Source: Bacteroidota bacterium
Lineage (GTDB): Bacteria; Bacteroidota; Bacteroidia; Flavobacteriales_F; PHOS-HE28
Length of the DNA: 64,000 nucleotides
NCBI GenBank assembly: GCA_963169535.1
Contig: CAUJED010000043.1
Location: 237-64,236 of the forward strand
Direction: 5' to 3'
In this document: piece after piece, positions 33,911 to 43,656 of the stretch
Position numbering within the stretch: the stretch's first letter is position 1
Layout of the letters: each line of letters starts with the position of its first letter
The notes under the pieces: generated by a model
What the model saw: only the letters and a program-made list of their open reading frames with translations
What the model was told of the DNA's origin: nothing
Database searches by the model: none
Position numbers and translations under genes: made by a program

Positions 33911-34741
33911 ATGTTCGGGTTCGCCGATAGGGATATGCAGCAGGAGCGGGAGCGCATCCGCCAGGTGATCCACGAGAGCGATACGCCTGCAGGCAAACGC
34001 TTCGATGTCTGGCTCACCGTGGCCATCCTGGTGAACATCGGCCTGGTGATGCTCGAGAGCGTACGCGCCGTGAACGAACAGTTCGGCACCCTGCTCCTGG
34101 TGCTGGAGGTGGTGCTCAACCTGCTTTTCGCCGTGGAGTATGCGTTGCGGGTCTGGAGCGCGCGCGATAGGCTGCGGTGGGTGTTCAGCTTCTACGGCAT
34201 GGTGGACCTGCTCGCCATACTGCCGTTCCTGTTGAGTTTGATCTGGCCCGGATTGCGTGCCTTGGCCGTACTGCGCGCCCTCCGCCTGATGCGCATCTTC
34301 CGCATCCTGGGGCTGTTCAACTATATGCGCGAAGCCCGGATCCTGCTGCTCTCGTTGATCGCCAGCCGGCATCGGATCATCGTTTTCATGCTGGCGGTGC
34401 TCGCCCTGGTCACGGTGTTCGGTACCATCATGTTCGTCATCGAACCCAAGGAAGCCGGGTTCACCAGCATTCCACGGAGCATCTACTGGGCCATCGTGAC
34501 GCTCACCACGGTGGGCTATGGCGATATCGCGCCGGTGACCACCTTGGGCCAGATCCTCGCCAGTGGCATCATGATCCTGGGTTACGCCATCATCGCTATT
34601 CCCACCGGTATCGTCACGGTGGAGATGGGTAGGCAAGCACGCCATGCGCGCGCCGCCAGTTGCCCGGGGTGCGGTGATCGGAACCACCAGGAGGATGCCC
34701 GCTACTGCCGGTTGTGTGGCAAGCCGCTCACACCCGCGTGA
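33911..34741 (+). CDS. Voltage-gated-type K+ channel (6TM) with C-terminal zinc-ribbon
   Basis: S4 with Arg every third residue (LRALAVLRALRLMRIFRIL). Selectivity filter TLTTVGYGD. Tail CPGCGDRNHQEDARYCRLCGKPL (CxxC...CxxC). Confidence 0.9.
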   Translation: MFGFADRDMQQERERIRQVIHESDTPAGKRFDVWLTVAILVNIGLVMLESVRAVNEQFGTLLLVLEVVLNLLFAVEYALRVWSARDRLRWVFSFYGMVDLLAILPFLLSLIWPGLRALAVLRALRLMRIFRILGLFNYMREARILLLSLIASRHRIIVFMLAVLALVTVFGTIMFVIEPKEAGFTSIPRSIYWAIVTLTTVGYGDIAPVTTLGQILASGIMILGYAIIAIPTGIVTVEMGRQARHARAASCPGCGDRNHQEDARYCRLCGKPLTPA

Positions 34742-35422
34742 TCAGTTCTCCGCGCCACTGAAGGCGAACCGGACCAGGTTGGCACCCATCTGCAAGGCCC
34801 GGGTGCGGTTGGCTTCACTATCACCGTGCACATCGGCATCCTCCCATCCATCGCCCAGGTCGCACTCGTAGTCGTAGAAGCATACCAAGCGCCCTTCCCA
34901 GAACAGACCGAAGCCCTGCGGCGGTTTGTTGTCATGTTCGTGGATCTTGGGAAGGCCTTGTGCGAAGTCGTACTTCTGGTGGTAGACGCCATGCGAGAAA
35001 GGCAGTTCAACGAACTCAGAACCGGGGAACACCCGTTGCATCATGGGCCGGATGAACTGGTCCATGCCGTAATTGTCGCTGATGTGCAGGAAGCCGCCAG
35101 CGGTCAGGTAGGTGCGTAGGTTCTCCGCTTCCTGCTGCGAGAACACCACGTTCCCATGGCCGGTCATGTGCACCCATGGATACGCGAACAGTTCGGGGCT
35201 GCCCACTTCCACGATGGGGACCTCGGGATTGATGTTCATGCCCATCTCCTTGTTGCAGAATTTCACCAGGTTGGGCACGGCCGTGGGGTTGCCGTACCAG
35301 TCGCCACCACCGTTGTATTTGAGCACCGCCAGCTGGAATGAGCCTTGAGCTCGAAGAAGGGTGGCCGGGTAGGCGATCATCCACACGAGCAGAAGGGGCA
35401 GAAGGACCGGTCGTTTCCGCAT
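34742..35422 (-). CDS. DUF4159 domain protein
   Basis: FQLAVLKYNGGGDWYGNPTAVPNLVKF...FAYPWVHMTGHGNVVFSQQEAENLRTYLTAGGFLHISDNYG is the DUF4159 signature. Signal peptide present. Confidence 0.85.
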   Translation of the reverse strand: MRKRPVLLPLLLVWMIAYPATLLRAQGSFQLAVLKYNGGGDWYGNPTAVPNLVKFCNKEMGMNINPEVPIVEVGSPELFAYPWVHMTGHGNVVFSQQEAENLRTYLTAGGFLHISDNYGMDQFIRPMMQRVFPGSEFVELPFSHGVYHQKYDFAQGLPKIHEHDNKPPQGFGLFWEGRLVCFYDYECDLGDGWEDADVHGDSEANRTRALQMGANLVRFAFSGAEN

Positions 35423-35432
35423 GGCGGCGAAG

Positions 35433-36134
35433 TTATCGTTGCTGGGCCAGGCTCATCCAGGTGCAGGCCGCCAAGGCCGCCGTTTCGGTGCGCAATCGTG
35501 CGGCACCGAGGGATATGGCCACGGCTCCTCCTTCGCGGAGCCGGGAGGCCTCGGCGGGGGTGAAGTCGCCTTCGGGGCCCACCAGCACCAACGCATCGTT
35601 GTGGGGCTGATAGGCCGCCATCAGCTGGCGGTGCTCGCCCTCGCACCAACCGAAGTAGCGTTGCAGCGGCAGGTCCGTGCAGAGCAGATCCTTCAACCGG
35701 GTGGGTTCGTCGATCCGCGGTAACCACGCCCGTTGGCTCTGTTTCATGGCGCTGATGGCCACGCGGTGCAGCCGGTCGGTGCGCAGGTTGATACGCTCGC
35801 TGCGTTCGGTGATCACCGGGGTGATGCGGTCCACGCCGATCTCCACGGCTTTTTCCACGAACCACTCGTACCGGTCCATCTGTTTGGTGGGGGCCACGGC
35901 CAGGTGGATCCGGGCCTTGCGCTCCGGGGGGACCATGGTGCGCTCCTCGATGCGGATGCTGCAACCGCGCTTGGTGATAAGCTCCACCAGGCCGATAGCT
36001 CGTATACCGGCACCATCGAGCAGGCCGATGCGAGCCCCAACGGAGAGCCGTAGCACCGCCGTGGCGTGGTGGGCCTCATCTTCCGGAAGCTCGATCACGG
36101 GAGGCAGCAGGTCAGGACAATGGAACTGGTGCAT
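35433..36134 (-). CDS. rsmE: 16S rRNA (uracil1498-N3)-methyltransferase
   Basis: ATG 36134: MHQFHCPDLLPPVIELPEDEAHHATAVLRL...IHLAVAPTKQMDRYEWFVEKAVEIGVDRITPVITERSE...LVLVGPEGDFTPAE. Confidence 0.9.
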   Translation of the reverse strand: MHQFHCPDLLPPVIELPEDEAHHATAVLRLSVGARIGLLDGAGIRAIGLVELITKRGCSIRIEERTMVPPERKARIHLAVAPTKQMDRYEWFVEKAVEIGVDRITPVITERSERINLRTDRLHRVAISAMKQSQRAWLPRIDEPTRLKDLLCTDLPLQRYFGWCEGEHRQLMAAYQPHNDALVLVGPEGDFTPAEASRLREGGAVAISLGAARLRTETAALAACTWMSLAQQR

Positions 36135-37467
36135 TCGCGGGGTGTCTGGTTCGAATGATGGCCCAGGTGAGGACCGTGGCGCAGCCGACCATGAAAAGTG
36201 CTGTGGATAGCGGGACAGGGAGGCCAAGGAACACGGGCCATTGCCATGGGTTGAGTTCCAGGCGAAGGAATGCCGGCAGGATGACCCCCCAGAACGGGTC
36301 GTGCACTTCTGTTGGCAACGAGTAGCCCACCGTTGCCTTGGCCAGGAACGCGTGTGCCAGGCCTATGATGGCGAGTGCGGAGTATGGCCACCGGGCCCAG
36401 CGTACACGCACCAGCCAGGGTAGGGTGCGATAGGCGAGGAGCACGGCCACCACGGTGAGGTGGCGTGGCCCGAAGGCCCATCCCCCCCACCACATGCCGA
36501 CACTCGCGGTGAACAACAGGGTGAGGAGGGCGGGCACGGCCACGCGCAGCCCCAGCTTTCGTTCGCTGGCCAGGAGCCAGGCCGCCAGGGCGATCCCCAG
36601 AACGGGCATGTAGGGGAGCAGGCCTCGGTAAGGACTTAGGGTCAGGCCCCATAGCGCCTCCGGCCGCAGACCCTCTACCATACTCCCGTCCTGGGGGCGG
36701 TACATGTCCACATGATCATACCCCATTTGGAGTGGACCGTTGAAGACCACGGTGTTGTACAGGAGCAGCGCTGCGGCGAATGGCACCGCTCCCGATACGA
36801 AACGGACCACCGGTGCGTACGTGTGCCTTTTCCTGGCCCACCCCACGGTGAGGTCCAGCACCCAGCAGAGGGCGAGGATGGCGATGGTGTATTCGCACAG
36901 CACGGCCGCCCCGATGAGGGCTCCGGAAGCGAGGTGATCACCGCGGTCCATGGCGATGAGCGCGCCCAGTGCGAACGCCGCACCGATCAGGTGGCCGTAG
37001 AACGAGCCACTGTAAACGAAGAGGAAGCTGCCGAAGAACGTGGGCCAGGTGAGGAGCAGGGCACGGCTTGGCGTGGTGAAGTGACAGAGCCGCCACCAGC
37101 AGAGGGTGATGATGAGCGCGAACGGAATGCTGCCACAGAGCAGGCCGCCCAGGCGCAGGAGGTCCAGGTTGATGTGCGTACCATCACTGGCGCCGATGAG
37201 GCCCAGGTGGTGCAGCATCCAGTGGAATGGGACCATGAGCAAGGCGGGAAGCGGTGCCTTCTCCGAGTAGAAGTGGCCTCCGATCCACGCCCGGTCATCG
37301 GTGAGGGTGGCGAAGGTGTCGATCCGCAAGGTGCCCTGTTCCACCACGGCGACCACCATGGCCGCCCGGCTCACCGTATTCGCGTTCGGCCCTTGGTCCA
37401 GGTACCAACTGCTGAAGAACAGGGTGAGGAGAAAGAAGGCGATGCCGCTTCTCCGCGCGGGCATCAT
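36112..37467 (-). CDS. GT-C type membrane glycosyltransferase-like protein (ArnT/PMT-like)
   Basis: 451 aa, polytopic. First loop TDDRAWIGGHFYSEKAPLPALLMVPF resembles the ArnT/PMT loop motif (Asp pair, then YxEKPP). Its 3' end overlaps the rsmE start by 23 nt. Confidence 0.7.
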   Translation of the reverse strand: MMPARRSGIAFFLLTLFFSSWYLDQGPNANTVSRAAMVVAVVEQGTLRIDTFATLTDDRAWIGGHFYSEKAPLPALLMVPFHWMLHHLGLIGASDGTHINLDLLRLGGLLCGSIPFALIITLCWWRLCHFTTPSRALLLTWPTFFGSFLFVYSGSFYGHLIGAAFALGALIAMDRGDHLASGALIGAAVLCEYTIAILALCWVLDLTVGWARKRHTYAPVVRFVSGAVPFAAALLLYNTVVFNGPLQMGYDHVDMYRPQDGSMVEGLRPEALWGLTLSPYRGLLPYMPVLGIALAAWLLASERKLGLRVAVPALLTLLFTASVGMWWGGWAFGPRHLTVVAVLLAYRTLPWLVRVRWARWPYSALAIIGLAHAFLAKATVGYSLPTEVHDPFWGVILPAFLRLELNPWQWPVFLGLPVPLSTALFMVGCATVLTWAIIRTRHPANAPVPLS

Positions 37468-38969
37468 GGCAGGGTCTTGAAGTCGAGCTTGTGGAAGTGG
37501 AAGTCGGGGCTGTGAAGATCCACCTTGAAGCCGGTGATCCGGTGGTCCGTGTCAAATTGGAAGGTGATGTAGCCCGGTTCGAGGAACGGGTCGGCGTGCT
37601 CCCACTTCCACGTGTCGTAGTGCCAATGGGTCAACGCACCGGTGAAGAGATCCTTGGCGGGGTCGAAGGTGAGCCTTGGGGTACCGGCCTCCACCGTGAT
37701 CGTGGCACGGCCATAGACCTTGTCCGCATAGGTGCCTTTCAGCTGGTCGGCCTGTGCGGTGGGTGTGGTGCCCGGTACCCGTGCTTGGGCCCGTGCGGCC
37801 ACCCGCTCCTGTTCCTGTTCCTTGCGCCGGGCCAGGCGTGGTAGCATGTCGGCCACAGGGTCGGCCTTGCCATCGCCAAGGTATAGGTCCAGGATCTTGT
37901 TGGTGATGGCGAACACGCTGTAGCTTTCGCCGTTGCCCAGGGCGATCACCGCGAGGTCCCGATCGGGCACCACCGCATGGTTCAGGATGAACCCCGGCAT
38001 GCCACCGCTGTGGGTGATCACGGTCTCGCCGTGCCGTTGTTCGGTGAACCAGCCGAGGGCTGCTCCCTCATGGCCCATGGCCAGATGGCTGGTGGTGATG
38101 GTGTTGTACGAGGCCTCACTGAGGAACGGCTTGCCGTTCACCTTGCCTTCATCGGCCCACATGGCATCCCACCGGGCCAGGTCGTTCACGGTGCTCAATA
38201 CACCGCAGGCCCCATCCGCCCCGCGCAGCGGCTGGTAGGGCATGCTCTTCTGTGGCGCATCGGGGTTCTGGCCTTTGCGCACATGGGGCAGCGCCACGTT
38301 GGTCATGTGCGCGAGGTCCGCCGTTTCCACCAGGCTGCGTTCCATGCCCAACGGGGCGAAGATGCGGGTGGTGATGAATCGGTCCCAGGTCATGCCGCTC
38401 ACGCGTTCGATCAACTGCGCTGCGGCGATGTACATCAGGTTGCTGTAGCCGAACGTATCGCGGAAGGGCAGGGTCATCGGCTCGTGTGCGTGCCGGGCCA
38501 GGATCTCGCGCTGGTCATAGTCCGTGCCGTACCAGAGCAGGTCGCCATCGAAGGTGTCCCATCCGCTGCGGTGGCAGAGGAGGTCCTTCACCATGAATTG
38601 GTCGGTGACGAAGGGGAGGGGGGTGGCGAACTCGGGCATGTGCTCGCGCACGAGGTCGGTCCACTGGAGTTTCCCTTCATCCACTAGCAGCCCCACCGCA
38701 CATGCGGTGAAGGCCTTGCTGATGCTCGCGCAATAGAAGATGGTGTTGGCCGTCACGGGTTCGGGCCGTGCCAGGTCCAGCCGACCGTAACCGTTGCTCC
38801 AGACCAGTGCACCGTCCTTCACGATGCCCACGGCCAGCCCGGGCTGGTCGAATTCCACCACCGCATCGGCGATGTACGCATCGAGTTTCTTCAGGTCGGG
38901 TCGTTTCTGAGCGAAGAGGTTGGTGGGGCCCCAGAGTAGTAGGGCCACGAGCGGCAACGATCGGTTCAT
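37464..38969 (-). CDS. Serine hydrolase, beta-lactamase/PBP family, with DUF3471-like C-terminal domain
   Basis: ATG 38969 gives signal peptide MNRSLPLVALLLWGPTNLFA. SxxK motif FYCASISKAF. YSN-type motif (GYSNLMY). C-terminal lipocalin-like tail. Confidence 0.88.
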   Translation of the reverse strand: MNRSLPLVALLLWGPTNLFAQKRPDLKKLDAYIADAVVEFDQPGLAVGIVKDGALVWSNGYGRLDLARPEPVTANTIFYCASISKAFTACAVGLLVDEGKLQWTDLVREHMPEFATPLPFVTDQFMVKDLLCHRSGWDTFDGDLLWYGTDYDQREILARHAHEPMTLPFRDTFGYSNLMYIAAAQLIERVSGMTWDRFITTRIFAPLGMERSLVETADLAHMTNVALPHVRKGQNPDAPQKSMPYQPLRGADGACGVLSTVNDLARWDAMWADEGKVNGKPFLSEASYNTITTSHLAMGHEGAALGWFTEQRHGETVITHSGGMPGFILNHAVVPDRDLAVIALGNGESYSVFAITNKILDLYLGDGKADPVADMLPRLARRKEQEQERVAARAQARVPGTTPTAQADQLKGTYADKVYGRATITVEAGTPRLTFDPAKDLFTGALTHWHYDTWKWEHADPFLEPGYITFQFDTDHRITGFKVDLHSPDFHFHKLDFKTLP

Positions 38970-39014
38970 GCCTGCGAAGTTGCATGATCCTTTCGGGGTG
39001 CGGTGCACAACAGG

Positions 39015-40136
39015 TCAATCCATCGGCGGGCCGGGCTTGTCCGTGGCCTCTACCTTCAGGTTGCCCTTGAGGCTGGTGGTGTCACTGATGCCACTGAGCA
39101 CTTCGATGTTCACGCCATCGCTCAGCCCGGTCTTCACATGGACCTTCTTCCAGTCCTTGCCGTCCTTCACCTGCACGAAGGCGCTGTCGCCTTTGTTGTT
39201 GAAGTTGATCACGCTCTCTGGAATGGCCAGTACACTGTCGCGGCGGTCCAGCACGATGTCGGCATTGGCGCTGTATCCGGCGCGAAGCGCCTGTCCGGCG
39301 GCGAGGTTCACGGCTGCGCGGATCTCGAACTGAATGGCGCCGCTTTCTTCCACGCCCTTAGGGGCGATGTATTCGAGTTCGGCATCCCACCGGGTGTCGT
39401 CAATGGCGCCAACGGTGAGCACCACAGGCATGCCCAGCTTCACTTTGCCCACCTCACTTTCGTCCACCTTGCCTTTGAAGATCAGGTCCTTCATGTCGGC
39501 CACACTGGCGATGGTGGTGCCTTCATTGAAGTTGTTGCGCTCGATCACGCTGCTGCCCACTTTCACGGGAACGTCCAGTACCATGCCATCGATCGTGCTC
39601 TTCACGATGGTGTTGGTGGCGCCACCGGCGCTTCGACTGATGCCATCGCGCACCAGTTGCAAGGCATCCTTGGCCGCGCTCAATTCCTGTTCTGCGTTGC
39701 GCAACGCCATGTCGTAGCCCTGGATCTCGCTGGCACTGATCACGCCTTTGTCCGCCAGCGGCTTGTTCCGGTCGAAGTCCATCTGTGCGTTGGTCTTCCC
39801 GATCTCGGCGCTCCGCACCCGGTTCTCGGCCTGGCTGAGGCTCAGCATGTCGGGCACGATCTGGATGGTGGCCAGCTTGTCACCTTTCTTCACCTGCTGT
39901 CCGGCTTCTACGAAAAGTTCGCGGATGATGCCGCTCACCACGGGTTTGATGGCGATCTCCTGCCGAGGCTCGATACTGCCGTTGGCCACGGTCTTCTTCA
40001 GGATGGTGGTCTTCCTGGGTTTTTCGATCTCATACACCTCTTTCGCCGGCTGACCTTTCCGGTAGAGGAAGTACAACGTCCACACGAATAATGCGGCGAG
40101 CGAGGTGAGGAGAAGGGGCTTCAGGATGCGTTTCAT
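39015..40136 (-). CDS. Efflux transporter periplasmic adaptor (HlyD/MacA family)
   Basis: N-terminal anchor, lipoyl/hairpin/beta-barrel pattern (GSIEPRQEIAIKPVVSGIIRELFVEAGQQVKKGDKLATI ... coiled-coil ... GMPVVLTVGAI). Confidence 0.9.
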   Translation of the reverse strand: MKRILKPLLLTSLAALFVWTLYFLYRKGQPAKEVYEIEKPRKTTILKKTVANGSIEPRQEIAIKPVVSGIIRELFVEAGQQVKKGDKLATIQIVPDMLSLSQAENRVRSAEIGKTNAQMDFDRNKPLADKGVISASEIQGYDMALRNAEQELSAAKDALQLVRDGISRSAGGATNTIVKSTIDGMVLDVPVKVGSSVIERNNFNEGTTIASVADMKDLIFKGKVDESEVGKVKLGMPVVLTVGAIDDTRWDAELEYIAPKGVEESGAIQFEIRAAVNLAAGQALRAGYSANADIVLDRRDSVLAIPESVINFNNKGDSAFVQVKDGKDWKKVHVKTGLSDGVNIEVLSGISDTTSLKGNLKVEATDKPGPPMD

Positions 40137-40247
40137 GATCGGGGATGCTGGGCCGTTGTCTGTTCGGTCTGTTCAGGCCGTGTGGGCCGGTGGGTGGGGT
40201 GTGGCGATCGGTACGCGCCCTTCGGTCGTGTTACCGTGGTGTTCATC

Positions 40248-41498
40248 TCATTCGGCGCGTAAGGCGTCCACGGGTTTGATGCTCAAGGCGCGTCGTGCGG
40301 GGATGAAACCCGCGACAAGTCCGCTGAGGATGAGCACGGTGAGCGCTGCCAAGGCGACGAACAGGTCCACCGTGGGGTTCTTGAAGAAACCACCTTCGAG
40401 TTTCAATGCGTTGATGCCTTCGAGGGTGCCTACGCCCGCTAATAGACCGAAGTATCCGGCGATGAAGGTGAGGGCAAGTGCCTCGAGCATGATCTGTACG
40501 GTGATGGTGGCCGGTCGGGCACCGAGGCTGCGGCGGATGCCGATCTCCTGGGTGCGTTCCTTGATGATCACCAGCATGATGTTGCTGATACCGATCACGC
40601 CTGCGATCAAGGTGAGTAGACCGACGAACCAGCTAAGGCCTGCGATGGCCACGAAGAGCATGTTCATCTGGTCGTAGAATTCCTGCATGTTCCAGCCGCC
40701 GAAGGCCAGCGGATCGGCAGGGTCCACCTTGTGGCGACGGGCCATGGTCTGTTTCACCGTGGTCTGCACATCGGCCACACGCACCCCTTCCTTGGCGCTG
40801 ATGCTGAACCAGTGTACCAGGTTGAGGCTGTTGAAGGCTTTCTGGAACGTGGTGAAGGGGATGTGGATGGTGCTGGTCTGCCCATCGTCGTGCATGGCCG
40901 ATGAGCGCGGCTCGTGCACGCCCACCACCTGGAAGTACACACCTTGTATGCGGATGTACGCTCCGATGGGGTCCTCGGTGCCAAAGAGCATGTCGCGCAC
41001 CTGGGTGCCGATCACACAGACCTTCCGTTCGTCCGCGATATCCCTGGCATTCAGAAAACGACCGTTGCTGAGGCGCGCCGCTTGGAAGTGGAGGATCTCG
41101 GGCATGTCGCCGTTCACGTTGAACCCACCGCTCTTGTTCCCATAGCTCACGTTGTTGGCGCCGCGCCAGCCGCCCAGCTGCAGCCGGGGGGCCACCTTGT
41201 CCACGCCTTCGATCCGCTGGATGACCGCGATGTCGCTGTTGTCGAAGTTGAATTGCCGCCCACGCTTGAAGCCTCCGTACGGCAACGAGGTGCTCTGGGT
41301 CCAGATGTGGCAGCTGTTGGTGGCCCAGCCTTCGAACCCGCCCAGCACACCGTTGCTCAACCCCCGCCCCATGCCCAGCATGATCACCAGCATGAAGATG
41401 CCCCAGCCTACACCGAACATGGTGAGAAAGCTGCGAAGCTTGTTCCGGCTCAACGTTTGCCAGATCTCGTGCCACCGATCACGGTCGAACAGGGTCAT
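40248..41498 (-). CDS. ABC transporter permease (MacB/FtsX type)
   Basis: MacB_PCD-like periplasmic domain between TM1 and TM2. FtsX C-terminal motif ERTQEIGIRRSLGARP. Confidence 0.9.
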   Translation of the reverse strand: MTLFDRDRWHEIWQTLSRNKLRSFLTMFGVGWGIFMLVIMLGMGRGLSNGVLGGFEGWATNSCHIWTQSTSLPYGGFKRGRQFNFDNSDIAVIQRIEGVDKVAPRLQLGGWRGANNVSYGNKSGGFNVNGDMPEILHFQAARLSNGRFLNARDIADERKVCVIGTQVRDMLFGTEDPIGAYIRIQGVYFQVVGVHEPRSSAMHDDGQTSTIHIPFTTFQKAFNSLNLVHWFSISAKEGVRVADVQTTVKQTMARRHKVDPADPLAFGGWNMQEFYDQMNMLFVAIAGLSWFVGLLTLIAGVIGISNIMLVIIKERTQEIGIRRSLGARPATITVQIMLEALALTFIAGYFGLLAGVGTLEGINALKLEGGFFKNPTVDLFVALAALTVLILSGLVAGFIPARRALSIKPVDALRAE

Positions 41499-42739
41499 TC
41501 GGAGCGCAGTGCTTCAATGGGTCGTATGGAGGCGGCTTGGCGCGCAGGAATGAGACCGGCAAGGCCGCCCGCGATCACCAGGACGATGGTGGCATAGATG
41601 GCCACACGTAGATCGATCGTGGGGTTCCTGAACATCTCCGATCCCGGCACCACTCCGGCGATCCCTTCCATGAGCCCTACTCCACAGACCAGACCCAGGT
41701 AGCCCGCCACACCCGTTACGAAGAGCGACTCCATCATGATCTGCCCGGTGACACTGCCGGGCGTGGCTCCCAGTGCCTTGCGGATGCCGATCTCCTTGGT
41801 GCGCTCCTTCACCACGATCAGCATGATGTTGCTCACCCCTACGATGCCTGCGATGATGGTGCCCACACCGATGGCCCACAGGAATGCGTTGATCCCACCG
41901 AAGATCCCCGTGAACATCGCGGCATTCTCCACGTTGTTGTTCACCCAAACGGCCCGTTCGTCGGTGGGGTCGAACCGGTGCCTGGCCGCCAACGCGGCGA
42001 TCGCCCGCTGCTGGGCTTGTTCCGCGCCGCTCAGGCTCCCATCCGTGAAGCTGAAGGTGATCTTGTCCACCATGTTCTTGGCGTTGAAAACGCGTTGCGC
42101 CACGCTCAAGGGAATGAAGACCTGGCTGCTCTGGTTCTGTCCGGGACCGCCACTTTCCCAGCGGTACAAGCCCACTACCTCGAACGGTATGCCGTTCACA
42201 TTGAGCCACTGGTGGATCGGGTCTTCTCCTTTGAACAGGGCGTCGCGCGCATCTTCGGCGATCACGATCACCTTGCGTGTCTGCTCCTGGTCCAGTTCGT
42301 TGATGAAACGGCCTTCGATGATCACCTGGCGGTCCAGCTCCTGGTTGTCCGGAACGATCCCGTTGATGCTGAAGTTGCCATACGCCTTTCCGCGGTTCAA
42401 CTGGCTTTCGCCCCGCCAAACCCGATACTCGCCGACCACGTGTTGCAGCCCCGGCACCGCATACCGCAGGTTCTCCACGTCGCGCATGTCCAACTGGATG
42501 TTGCGGTCCGCTGGCAGCCCTTGCCATGGTTTGCTGGTCTGCCCACCCCAGAAGGTGATCGTGTTCTGTGCGGTGCCCCCGAAACCGCTGGAGAAGCCGT
42601 TGCGAAGCCCATTGCCCGCTCCCAAAAGGATCATCAGCATGAAGATCCCCCAGAACACACTGAAGCCGGTGAGCACCGTCCGCAGTTTGTTCTTGCCGAT
42701 GGTGTCGAAGATCTCCGCCCACTTCTCCCTATCGAACAT
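41495..42739 (-). CDS. ABC transporter permease (MacB/FtsX type), paralogue of 40248..41498
   Basis: Same architecture; ERTKEIGIRKALGATP. ATGA overlap with the downstream permease. Confidence 0.9.
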   Translation of the reverse strand: MFDREKWAEIFDTIGKNKLRTVLTGFSVFWGIFMLMILLGAGNGLRNGFSSGFGGTAQNTITFWGGQTSKPWQGLPADRNIQLDMRDVENLRYAVPGLQHVVGEYRVWRGESQLNRGKAYGNFSINGIVPDNQELDRQVIIEGRFINELDQEQTRKVIVIAEDARDALFKGEDPIHQWLNVNGIPFEVVGLYRWESGGPGQNQSSQVFIPLSVAQRVFNAKNMVDKITFSFTDGSLSGAEQAQQRAIAALAARHRFDPTDERAVWVNNNVENAAMFTGIFGGINAFLWAIGVGTIIAGIVGVSNIMLIVVKERTKEIGIRKALGATPGSVTGQIMMESLFVTGVAGYLGLVCGVGLMEGIAGVVPGSEMFRNPTIDLRVAIYATIVLVIAGGLAGLIPARQAASIRPIEALRSE

Positions 42740-42849
42740 GTGTGGGGCGTTTTCCGATCCGGCCAGAGAGAACAGGCCGCTGCCTCCGGGATCGGTGGTT
42801 CATCACGGTGCGGTGATACCATGGCCCATGTTCTCGTATGGTCCCGACC

Positions 42850-43551
42850 TCATGCATGGTCAACGCGGGATCCAAGTTCGGTCCCATGGCTTTCGATCGA
42901 CCCGTCGCGCAGGCGGATGGTGCGTTGGGTCATGGCCGCGATGTCGTGCTCGTGCGTTACGATCACCACCGTATGGCCCAGCTCGCGGTTGACCCGCAGC
43001 AGCAGCTCCATCACTTCCTGGCTGGTCTTGGTGTCCAGTGCCCCGGTGGGTTCGTCGGCCAGAATGATCTTCGGTGAGCTGATCAGGGCTCTGGCGATGG
43101 CCACCCGTTGTTTCTGCCCACCGCTCATCTCGTTGGGCATGTGGTGCGCCCATTCCTTCAGCCCCACCTGTTCCAACATCTCCAGGGCCATCTCGTTCCG
43201 CTTGCGCCGGGGCACTCCCTGGTAGTACAAAGGCAACGCCACGTTCTCCATGGCGTTCTTGAAGCCGATCAGGTTGAAGCTCTGGAACACGAAGCCGATG
43301 TATTGACTGCGCAGCCGTGCGCTCTCGGTCTCGCTCTGCCCCTTGATCAAGGTGCCGTCCAGGTGGTATTCGCCGCTGTCATAACCATCGAGGATGCCGA
43401 TGATGTTGAGCAGGGTGGATTTTCCACTGCCCGACGATCCCATGATGCTCACCAGTTCGCCCTTCGCGATGTGCAGGTCGATGCCCTTGAGCACCTGCAG
43501 GATGTTGCTGCCCGTGCGGTAGGCTTTACGGATCCCCTGTAGTCTGAGCAT
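42850..43551 (-). CDS. ABC transporter ATP-binding protein (MacB/LolD-like)
   Basis: Walker A GSSGSGKST, signature MSGGQKQRVAIARAL, Walker B ILADEPTGALD. Confidence 0.95.
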   Translation of the reverse strand: MLRLQGIRKAYRTGSNILQVLKGIDLHIAKGELVSIMGSSGSGKSTLLNIIGILDGYDSGEYHLDGTLIKGQSETESARLRSQYIGFVFQSFNLIGFKNAMENVALPLYYQGVPRRKRNEMALEMLEQVGLKEWAHHMPNEMSGGQKQRVAIARALISSPKIILADEPTGALDTKTSQEVMELLLRVNRELGHTVVIVTHEHDIAAMTQRTIRLRDGSIESHGTELGSRVDHA

Positions 43552-43577
43552 GGCGCGACGGTACCTCGGTCTGGTGG

Positions 43578-43586
43578 CGAATTTAC
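43578..43586 (-). promoter_or_regulatory. Variant -7 box GTAAATTCG upstream of the ABC efflux operon
   Basis: Minus strand GGGGTAAATTCGCC, 27 nt before ATG 43551. Confidence 0.4.
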
Positions 43587-43656
43587 CCCGCGGCCGGTGT
43601 GCGCTCCTCTTCGTTACACGAACGGCCGGTCAACCGGGTGAGTGGTGCCCATCCCG

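Noticed and set aside
32969-34687. 572-aa minus-strand ORF opposite the EamA and K+ channel genes
   Set aside because: Antisense artefact. The His/Gly/Glu/Pro-rich translation has no motifs, while the plus-strand genes carry diagnostic motifs (TVGYGD, EamA repeats).
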